Assembly: GCA_944391465.1 (NCBI GenBank)
Contig: CALXTS010000006.1
Span: 397 to 64,396, forward strand
DNA from: an uncultured Alphaproteobacteria bacterium
Lineage (GTDB): Bacteria > Pseudomonadota > Alphaproteobacteria > RF32 > CAG-239
DNA length: 64,000 nucleotides
Direction: 5' to 3'
The number at the start of each line of letters is the position of its first letter. Positions within the stretch are counted from its first letter, which is position 1. Shown here in pieces: positions 57,177-64,000 of this stretch. The notes beneath the pieces were generated by a model, which did not search any database, had not been told where the DNA came from, and saw only the letters and a list, made by a program, of their open reading frames with translations. The position numbers and the translations under genes were made by a program.

Positions 57177-57629
57177 CTATAATGTTCTATTGATGGCTAA
57201 AGCATTCTTGCTGTTATCCAAAGGAGAGTATTTTCCTCTGGCGCCATAAGATGTTGCATTTGTCTGGTTAGCCGTTTTTGCAATATTGATGATTGTATCC
57301 ATCACGGTTTTTCCGGCTTCCATACGAGTTTTTAAAAGCATCTCGTTTTTCTGCATTAAATTATTAAGGTTAACAGTAGCTTCTTGAAGAGATTTTTTTT
57401 CTTCATTATCAAAATCAGTAAGCTCTTTTTGATTTTTAATAAAATAAGCCACTAAAGAGCGATAGGTTGAGACCAACTTAGTCTTTTTCTCATAAAGTTT
57501 CCCGACGAGACTGATATCATATTTTTCCAAAGCCTCGTTTTCTTGAGTAAGAAGTTCAGAAAAACTGGCAATAACCGTTTTTAGATTTTGCAGTTTAGAA
57601 CCGGCGTCATTAAGATGTAATTCTTCCAT
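57177..57629 (-). CDS. FlgN-like flagellar chaperone (tentative)
   Basis: A 150-aa helical protein immediately upstream of flgK, which is the usual flgN position. Sequence evidence alone is weak. Confidence 0.45.
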   Translation of the reverse strand: MEELHLNDAGSKLQNLKTVIASFSELLTQENEALEKYDISLVGKLYEKKTKLVSTYRSLVAYFIKNQKELTDFDNEEKKSLQEATVNLNNLMQKNEMLLKTRMEAGKTVMDTIINIAKTANQTNATSYGARGKYSPLDNSKNALAINRTL

Positions 57630-57639
57630 TTTTTAGCTC

Positions 57640-57993
57640 CTATCCTTGAATATATCCGTTGGTTTCCATTTCCTGCATTTGTAAAATTGAGCGCATAACC
57701 ATATCTTTGACACCAACACTGCCAGTTTTAGCCATATTGCGTCCGTATTGGTCAAGCAACATGGAACGATATATTTTTTCAGCATTTCCACCACCGAACA
57801 TTCCGTCGGTTGAAATGCCTTCAAACATCGTTTCCATCATCTTAGTAATGAAAAATGCTTCAAAATCTTCAGCCGCTTTTTCAACCTTTTCACGGTCTTT
57901 TTCATTAAGCAAATTCTGAGTATCAGCTATTGAGCTTTTATTCAGCTCATATAGACTGTTGTCATAGCTATTTATGTTTAAGCCCGTAATCAT
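57640..57993 (-). CDS. Rod-binding protein (FlgJ N-terminal domain only, no muramidase domain)
   Basis: The segment AAEDFEAFFITKMMETMFEG...AEKIYRSMLLDQYG is the rod-binding domain pattern. The protein is only 117 aa. Confidence 0.8.
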   Translation of the reverse strand: MITGLNINSYDNSLYELNKSSIADTQNLLNEKDREKVEKAAEDFEAFFITKMMETMFEGISTDGMFGGGNAEKIYRSMLLDQYGRNMAKTGSVGVKDMVMRSILQMQEMETNGYIQG

Positions 57994-57994
57994 G

Positions 57995-59119
57995 TTAAAT
58001 TACCTCAATATCAGCTTGTAAAGCTCCACTGGCTTTAATTGCTTGTAAAATACTTATTAAATCTCTGGGTGTAACACCTAAGGTATTCAATCCATCAACC
58101 AGTTCTTGCAAATTCACACCCGTATTCAAAACACTCAGTTTAGTATCAATACTTTCATTGACATCAACAATGGAGTTGACACCGGTAACCGTTTCGCCGT
58201 TAGAAAAAGGTAATGGTTGCGAAACATAAGGAACATCGGTAATTTTGATGGTTAAGTTTCCCTGAGCGATTGCAAGGCGATTAATTTTAACATCTTTACC
58301 GATTACAACGATGCCTGAGCTTTCATCAATAACTACTCGCGCCATTTGGTCAGGTTGAACTTGCAATTGTTCAACTTTAGTCATCAAATCAACGATTTTG
58401 CCTTTATAGCGAGAAGGAACCTTCATTGAGATTGTAGCCGGATCAATCGCCTTAGCAGCCGTTGTTCCCAACATGGCGTTAATAGCATCGGCAACCCGAC
58501 GAGAAGTTGTAAAATCAGGGTTTCTTAAAGCAAGACGAATGACATCTAAATCTTCTAATTTAAATGGAATTTCATTTTCAATAATTGCCCCGTTGGCAAT
58601 TCTGCCGGAAGTTGGCACGCCTTTGACTAAGGACTGATTTGCACCTTGAGCAGCAACACCCCCGACGGCAATTTGTCCTTGGGCAACAGCATAAACTTCT
58701 CCATCAGCACCAACCATGGGGGTAGCCAAAAGAGTACCGCCTTGCAGATTTTTCGCATCGCCTAAAGCACTGACCATAACGTCAATACGGCTTCCTTGGC
58801 GGGAGAAAGCCGGAAGATTTGCTGTAACCATAACTGCGGCAATATTTTTTGACTTTATCTGTCCGCCGCGAGCATTAATTCCAATCTGATCCAACATAGA
58901 AATCAGACTTTCTTTGGTAAAATCAATAGATTTAATATTATCTCCGGTACCATTCAGACCAACGACCAGCCCATAACCGACCAATTGGTTATCTCTGACA
59001 CCTTCAAAATCGGCAATATCTTTAATGCGGGAGCTTCCCCAAGCCGGTAAACTATAGATTCCGGAAAGGGTTATTATAAGAGCCAAAGCCGCAGTTTTTA
59101 TAGTTTTTAGACATTTCAT
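57995..59119 (-). CDS. flgI: Flagellar P-ring protein FlgI
   Basis: Signal peptide, then RIKDIADFEGVRDNQLVGYGLVVGLNGTGD, which is canonical FlgI. Confidence 0.95.
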   Translation of the reverse strand: MKCLKTIKTAALALIITLSGIYSLPAWGSSRIKDIADFEGVRDNQLVGYGLVVGLNGTGDNIKSIDFTKESLISMLDQIGINARGGQIKSKNIAAVMVTANLPAFSRQGSRIDVMVSALGDAKNLQGGTLLATPMVGADGEVYAVAQGQIAVGGVAAQGANQSLVKGVPTSGRIANGAIIENEIPFKLEDLDVIRLALRNPDFTTSRRVADAINAMLGTTAAKAIDPATISMKVPSRYKGKIVDLMTKVEQLQVQPDQMARVVIDESSGIVVIGKDVKINRLAIAQGNLTIKITDVPYVSQPLPFSNGETVTGVNSIVDVNESIDTKLSVLNTGVNLQELVDGLNTLGVTPRDLISILQAIKASGALQADIEVI

Positions 59120-59163
59120 ATTAAATCAGCCCCAAAATTAGCACTTTAATCTTGCATAACAAT

Positions 59164-59180
59164 ATGCAATTATTGTGCCA
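59164..59180 (-). promoter_or_regulatory. Sigma-54 (-24/-12) promoter for the flgI operon
   Basis: The minus strand reads TGGCAC-AATAA-TTGCAT. It ends 45 nt upstream of the flgI ATG, in the short murE-flgI spacer. Confidence 0.8.
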
Positions 59181-59212
59181 ATTTTGAGGCTGGAAGTTGG
59201 TATGAAATTTAA

Positions 59213-60622
59213 TTAAATATTTTTCAAAACTTCTTCATGATCGCTGAAATGATAAATTTTACCATTAACATATTGTCCGGTTTCATGTCCTTTACCGGCT
59301 AAAATAAGGACATCACCTTCATTTAGATTTGTAATGGCTTGTTTAATAGCTTCTGCACGATTGGGAATATTAATCCCTTTTGGGCATGCAGACATGATTT
59401 GTTCACGGATTAAATCTGGATTTTCTGTTCGAGGATTATCGTCTGTTACATAAACAACATCAGCCAAGTCATTAGCAATTTTTCCCATAATCGGGCGTTT
59501 TCCCGCATCACGATCTCCGCCGCAACCAAATAAGACATGTAGTTTATTTTTTGTGTGTGGGCGCATTGCTTTAATAACATTTTCCAAAGCATCGGGCGTA
59601 TGAGCATAGTCAACATAAATGGCCGCGCCGTTTTTAGTGCGACCGACTAAATCCAAGCGTCCTTTGGCTCCGTGGATTTGAGTTATGTATTTTAGAACTT
59701 GAGCAGGCTTTTTTGTGATTTTAGCAGCCATTCCGAGAGCGCATAAAACATTCATAGCCTGAAATTCTCCTGCTAAAGGAACTTCAAGGGATACATTTTT
59801 TCCAAAATACTCAATATCAAGCCTTTGTCCGTGAACCATAGGTTCAGCTTTAATTAGTTTAATATCTTTTCCTTTATATCCGTAAGAAACGACTTTTTTG
59901 CCGCTTTTCAAGCAGTCTTTGCAGAGTTTTTCAAAAACATCAATATCCGCATTAAGAACGGCATATCCGCCTTTTTCAAGCATATCCGTAAAAAGGAGAG
60001 TTTTAGCCGCCAGATAATTTTCCATAGTTTTGTGGTAATCCAAATGGTCGCGTGTCAAATTTGTAAAACCTGCGACTTTAAAAGGAATTCCTCCGATTCG
60101 GTATTGGCAAATTCCATGACTTGAGGCTTCCATAATCACAAAATTATATCCTTCATCGGCAAGCTCGCTCAATTCGCGATGAACGGTTACGCAATTAGGT
60201 GTGGTATTAGGAGAAGGAATAGGGGGAAGATTTCCTTTAATAAGGCCGAGAGTCCCCATACTGGCAGCTTTTTCTCCCATTAATGTTAAAATTTGGCGGA
60301 TAAAATCGGCAATGGATGTTTTACCGTTTGTTCCTGTAATTGCGCTGATATTTTGAGGCTTATGCTGATAAAATTTAGAAACCGCAGTTGCATATTCCAA
60401 AGCCGGATTATCCACTTTAATAATAAGCGTTTCCGGAGTGCTTTCTTTTGTATAATTTTTTCCGGTAATAATAACGGAAGCTCCGTTTTCAAAGGCGGAA
60501 TCATTATATTGCCCCTCGGAAATATCTCCGTAAATATATCCTGACTTAACTTCACGGGAGTCAGCCGTAAGACAGTAAATTTCTCTGTCATCGTTAGTTT
60601 TTAGAATTTGATTGAGTTTCAT
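59213..60622 (-). CDS. murE: UDP-N-acetylmuramoyl-L-alanyl-D-glutamate--2,6-diaminopimelate ligase
   Basis: Mur ligase P-loop GTNGKTS, a DNPR motif (DDNPRTENP) that indicates DAP specificity, and a length of 469 aa. Confidence 0.9.
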   Translation of the reverse strand: MKLNQILKTNDDREIYCLTADSREVKSGYIYGDISEGQYNDSAFENGASVIITGKNYTKESTPETLIIKVDNPALEYATAVSKFYQHKPQNISAITGTNGKTSIADFIRQILTLMGEKAASMGTLGLIKGNLPPIPSPNTTPNCVTVHRELSELADEGYNFVIMEASSHGICQYRIGGIPFKVAGFTNLTRDHLDYHKTMENYLAAKTLLFTDMLEKGGYAVLNADIDVFEKLCKDCLKSGKKVVSYGYKGKDIKLIKAEPMVHGQRLDIEYFGKNVSLEVPLAGEFQAMNVLCALGMAAKITKKPAQVLKYITQIHGAKGRLDLVGRTKNGAAIYVDYAHTPDALENVIKAMRPHTKNKLHVLFGCGGDRDAGKRPIMGKIANDLADVVYVTDDNPRTENPDLIREQIMSACPKGINIPNRAEAIKQAITNLNEGDVLILAGKGHETGQYVNGKIYHFSDHEEVLKNI

Positions 60623-60773
60623 TTGAATAAGCCCTTAAAAATCTTTCCGAACGGCGACATTATATAAATAATTTTTAAACAAGTGCTTAATGTTATGAAT
60701 AAAGCTAAAAAATTAATTTATTTTTTAAACATGATAAGTTATCGTAAAAACATAAAATTTAGGGGTAAAACGA

Positions 60774-61253
60774 ATGAAATATTTTCATATCGGCATTTTG
60801 GGTGCGTTTTTTTGTTTTTTGAGCCAGTCTGTTCAAGCTCAACGCCCAAACTATTACCTTTTTTATAATATAGATAGTCCCCATTTAGATGAAATTGATA
60901 TAAGCCAAGATGAAATAGCTCAGGTTTTTGATGATGAATTTGGGCCGGCGGCAGAGAGCCTCCCAAAAGAGGTCAGAAGAGGGGATTATTTTGTTTCTAA
61001 ATATCCTGACGGCAGTTATGTCTTTATGTTGGATGCACCATTTAATTGCGGACAATTGGGATGTAATACAAGAATCTACAAAAGAGATGCAGAGGGAGAT
61101 TTAGAGCGGATGGATTCCGGTTTTCCGGTAAAATGCGAATTTTATGAAGTAGATAAAGAATTATGCCAACGAGCAGGATACCGTAAAAAAGCACCGGAAA
61201 CAAAAAAGAAAAAAGGTCCGGCACATTATCCGGCACCGAGAGGAACATATTAA
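60774..61253 (+). CDS. Secreted hypothetical protein
   Basis: Signal peptide (ILGAFFCFLSQSVQA) and a basic Lys-rich C-terminus. I recognise no domain. Confidence 0.5.
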   Translation: MKYFHIGILGAFFCFLSQSVQAQRPNYYLFYNIDSPHLDEIDISQDEIAQVFDDEFGPAAESLPKEVRRGDYFVSKYPDGSYVFMLDAPFNCGQLGCNTRIYKRDAEGDLERMDSGFPVKCEFYEVDKELCQRAGYRKKAPETKKKKGPAHYPAPRGTY

Positions 61254-61267
61254 AGACAGAGAAAACC

Positions 61268-62524
61268 ATGTGGTTTGACGAAAGCGTTTTTTATCACATA
61301 TATCCGTTAGGTTTATGTGGAGCAGAAACGGTTAACGATTTCATTTCTCCACCGAACTCGCGGTTAAAAGGGTTAAATTCATGGTTAAATCACATGGATA
61401 ACCTAGGATTAAATGCGCTTTATATTGGTCCTTTATTTGAATCTTCGTCTCACGGATATGATACCAAAGACTATTTTATGGTTGATAGGCGCTTGGGAAA
61501 TAATGAAGATTTGAAAAAATTTGTAGAGGCGGCACATCAAAGAAACATAAAAGTTGTTCTAGATGGCGTATTTAATCATGTCGGAAGACATTTTTTTGCC
61601 TTTGAAGATGTTTTATTAAACAAAGAAAAATCAAGATATTGCAGTTGGTTCAAGCTAAATTTTAATGGAAATAATCACTATAATGACGGCTTTTGTTATG
61701 AGGGCTGGCAGGGGTGCGATGATATAGTAAAGCTGAATTTAAAAAATCCTGAGGTTAAGGAATATCTGTTTTCGGCAATAAGATATTGGATACAAGAATT
61801 TGATATTGACGGAATAAGACTAGACAGTGCGCATTGTCTATATAAAGGCTTTTTGAAGGAGTTACATAAGCTGACTAAAGGATTAAAAGAAGATTTTTGG
61901 CTTATGGGAGAGGTCGTTTTTGGAAAATACAATCGTTGGGTAAATTCGGAAATGTTAGATTCCGTAACCAATTACGAGTGCTATAAAGGTTTATATTCCA
62001 GTTGTAACACATATAATATGTATGAAATAGCTTATTCTTTGGATAGACAATTTGATAATGAGAATGGTCTTTATAAAGGGATGAATTTATATTCTTTCTT
62101 AGAGAATCATGATGTTTCTCGGATTGCCAGTGTGATAAAAAATCCTGCTCAGTTGAAAGCTCTTTATACGTTAATGTTTACAATACCGGGAATCCCGAGT
62201 TTATACTATGGAGGCGAATGGGGACTGGAAGGGTGGCGAGAAATATCTGATAAGGAAGTTCGTCCGGCATTGTCATTACAAGAAGATGTCGATTTAACAT
62301 TGCACTTGCGATATTTAATAGAAAGACGTCGTTATAGTCCGGCATTAGCATACGGAAGTTACAAAACTATAGAAGTTTCTCCGGATTTTCTGCTTTTTGT
62401 AAGAGAATATAAAGACAGCCATGTTTATGTTGCAATAAATATAGGCGGAGATAACAAATATTTTACAATAAATGGACAAAATAAACAGCTGTACCCATAT
62501 GGTTCTGAAATATATTTTTATTAA
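61268..62524 (+). CDS. GH13 alpha-amylase family glycoside hydrolase (cytoplasmic)
   Basis: Four GH13 regions: VVLDGVFNHVG, GIRLDSAHC, WLMGEVV and FLENHDVSR. No signal peptide. Confidence 0.85.
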   Translation: MWFDESVFYHIYPLGLCGAETVNDFISPPNSRLKGLNSWLNHMDNLGLNALYIGPLFESSSHGYDTKDYFMVDRRLGNNEDLKKFVEAAHQRNIKVVLDGVFNHVGRHFFAFEDVLLNKEKSRYCSWFKLNFNGNNHYNDGFCYEGWQGCDDIVKLNLKNPEVKEYLFSAIRYWIQEFDIDGIRLDSAHCLYKGFLKELHKLTKGLKEDFWLMGEVVFGKYNRWVNSEMLDSVTNYECYKGLYSSCNTYNMYEIAYSLDRQFDNENGLYKGMNLYSFLENHDVSRIASVIKNPAQLKALYTLMFTIPGIPSLYYGGEWGLEGWREISDKEVRPALSLQEDVDLTLHLRYLIERRRYSPALAYGSYKTIEVSPDFLLFVREYKDSHVYVAINIGGDNKYFTINGQNKQLYPYGSEIYFY

Positions 62525-62647
62525 AAACAAGAAAGAAAAAACAAAATAGTTAAAAAATACTTAACAAAACTCTTGCCTTTTAAAATAATTTTGCTATATT
62601 TGAAAAAAAATAGAAAAAATTGTCAAAATCAAAAGATGGAAAGCAAG

Positions 62648-63124
62648 ATGAAAAAACTATTGATTTTATCCGCAATGTTGCTGATTTCAGGCTGTGCCTG
62701 TTTAGATGGATTATGCGGAGATGAAGAATATGTTAAACCGGTAACCAGATATCGTGTTTCAACCAATACAAAGAATTGCGACTATTTTGATGGAAAAACA
62801 TGTTTCCGTTATGTTCGCCGCGAATATGAGGCACCTGTAGAATATGTTCGTTATCGTGAACCACGCCGTATTTACAGAGATGTTGCATATGTAGATCCAT
62901 GTGAGAACAAGATAGGCGGAGCATATTGCCCCAGACAAGCGGTTGAAAATCCGTGTGAAGTCAAAACAGATTCCTGCCAAGAGACAGTAAGACAGGTTAG
63001 GGAGCCTGTAGAAATAGTATATAAGAAAACCACATATCGCACAGTCTATGAGCCCAAGACATATGAGGATGTTACATATGAAAAAGAGCCGTATAGAAAA
63101 CCAAGCTGTGTAACATGTGAATAG
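62648..63124 (+). CDS. Lipoprotein with Tyr/Arg/Glu/Pro-periodic repeats and 10 cysteines
   Basis: Lipobox LISGCA. Repeated motifs such as EYVRYREPRRIYRDVAY and YKKTTYRTVYEPKTYEDVTYEKEPYRKP. Start chosen at 62648; 62636 is also possible. Confidence 0.6.
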   Translation: MKKLLILSAMLLISGCACLDGLCGDEEYVKPVTRYRVSTNTKNCDYFDGKTCFRYVRREYEAPVEYVRYREPRRIYRDVAYVDPCENKIGGAYCPRQAVENPCEVKTDSCQETVRQVREPVEIVYKKTTYRTVYEPKTYEDVTYEKEPYRKPSCVTCE

Positions 63125-63167
63125 TTTTGTTTCTCAAATTGTAATAAAATCTTTATACAAATAAATA

Positions 63168-63197
63168 AGGCCCCTCAATTGAGGGGCTTTATTTTGT
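63168..63197 (+). terminator. Terminator (first part of the second conserved cassette)
   Basis: GCCCCTC AATT GAGGGGC followed by TTTATTTT. The hairpin is nearly identical to the mlaC terminator at 13598-13615. Confidence 0.75.
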
Positions 63198-63217
63198 CCG
63201 CCCAATGAAATTATTGA

Positions 63218-63246
63218 TTGACTCATTGTGATAAGTAGAGTATATT
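63218..63246 (+). promoter_or_regulatory. Near-consensus sigma-70 promoter of Cys-rich gene B
   Basis: TTGACT, a 17-nt spacer, and TATATT, preceded by the same AAATTATTGAT block seen at 25772-25784. Confidence 0.7.
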
Positions 63247-63247
63247 A

Positions 63248-63371
63248 AAAGGGTAACATGCAACGGAACAAAGTCTAAAACCGCATATTACACCAGACTT
63301 TCAGGAATTTTCGGCGCCACCGAAAGTCTTTCTGTTGCATGTTACCTTTATTTATTATTGAGGAGGCGGCC
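63248..63371 (+). promoter_or_regulatory. Structured 5' leader of Cys-rich gene B (terminator-like long hairpin with alternative inner pairings)
   Basis: A 13-bp perfect stem GGTAACATGCAAC (63252-63264) / GTTGCATGTTACC (63334-63346), followed by TTTATTTATTATT and then the RBS. Inside, AGACTTTC (63295-63302) can pair with either AAAGTCT (63270-63276) or GAAAGTCT (63322-63329). Confidence 0.5.
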
Positions 63372-64000
63372 ATGCAGAAGCGTAATCTTTTATATTTAAG
63401 TATATTAGCGGCAATAATATTTTGTTTTTCATATGCGCATGCCGCAATCCAGTTTTTACCCCGATATCAAGGAAGTTATGAGGGACGAGTTGAAGATGGC
63501 GGCCGAGATAAGGTAGAAGTTTCTTGCGAATCTTTTGGTGGTGTTACAAAAGGCGCAAACCAAATGTGTACAGGGCAATTTATAAGAGCCGGATTGACCT
63601 GTTATAAATCTTGTTCTTGTGATAAATCAAAATTTCAATATACAATAGCCTCGCATCAAGGGTCAGGGAAACTTTGTGAATCACTATCCAATGCCTGTAC
63701 GGATAGTGCCGGAACCTCTTATTCAAACTGTGTTTTGAATACATGTAATGTTCGAAACTCAACATGGATTAGTGAGAGCAGTAAAGCAAGTTATACATCT
63801 AATAACTACACATGTACCACACAAAACACATCAGGAAAAGATGGAACCTGTTATGTTTGCGCTTGTCCATCATCCTGGGCAACGGGAAGTTGTCCGGCCA
63901 ATTCGGCAACCTGTTCAACATGTAAAGCGATAAGTCCATATACAGTATCAAAATTTAATTTGGTATCGTGTAAAGCAGGTTATTATAAGAATGGCAATAG
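63372..64000 (+). CDS. Secreted cysteine-rich protein, third small paralog (5' partial; runs off the window)
   Basis: Hand translation gives MQKRNLLYLSILAAIIFCFSYAHAAIQFLPRYQGSYEGRVEDGGRDKVEVSCES...RAGLTCYKSCSCDKSKFQY...CYVCACPSSW..., open to the window end. It shares MQKR, LPRY-G, GGRD and R-[TA]-G-L-T-C-Y with 25934-27064. It is absent from the ORF track because it has no stop in the window. Confidence 0.75.
   Translation, partial: MQKRNLLYLSILAAIIFCFSYAHAAIQFLPRYQGSYEGRVEDGGRDKVEVSCESFGGVTKGANQMCTGQFIRAGLTCYKSCSCDKSKFQYTIASHQGSGKLCESLSNACTDSAGTSYSNCVLNTCNVRNSTWISESSKASYTSNNYTCTTQNTSGKDGTCYVCACPSSWATGSCPANSATCSTCKAISPYTVSKFNLVSCKAGYYKNGN

Overview
AT-rich (roughly 35-40% GC by eye) bacterial chromosome, gene-dense, with no IS element, integrase, prophage or CRISPR array visible. 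I ran no database search. All calls rest on motifs I recognise in the supplied translations and on direct reading of the DNA.

Lineage. Several signals point to an alphaproteobacterium (inference): a GAAC-N7-GAAC SOS box in front of lexA, a FlaF regulator, a rod-binding-only FlgJ, and a membrane M23 peptidase paired with a bactofilin.

Ordinary content:
- Housekeeping genes: lysS, thrS, murE, pgpA, an ftsB-like gene, ogt, galE, and three tRNAs (Glu-UUC, Phe-GAA, Leu-CAA).
- Envelope genes: mlaA/mlaC, a GT4 glycosyltransferase, a DegT-type aminotransferase, and a YibQ-like deacetylase.
- Two RND efflux loci: MFP-RND-OMF, and TetR-MFP-RND.
- A glycogen block (glgB-glgX-malQ) plus an extra GH13 enzyme.
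- Flagellar genes: flgE on its own, and a flgI / rod-binding / flgN-like / flgK / flgL operon. Both units sit behind near-consensus sigma-54 promoters.

Standout. The most interesting content is a family of secreted, extremely cysteine-rich proteins that I cannot place in any family I know.
- The main member is a 2534-aa giant (45265-52869) made of dozens of C-x-C modules, including ~90-105 aa tandem repeats.
- Three smaller relatives lie at 25934-27064, 27087-28019 and 63372 to the window end.
- Two of the small loci share a duplicated cassette: a terminator, a near-consensus sigma-70 promoter, a leader of roughly 120 nt, and a nearly identical RBS/start block.
- One of those leaders folds into a long, terminator-like structure with alternative pairings.

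A GC-rich, stem-dense intergenic island at 13700-13830 is a second candidate for something undescribed, namely a structured RNA.
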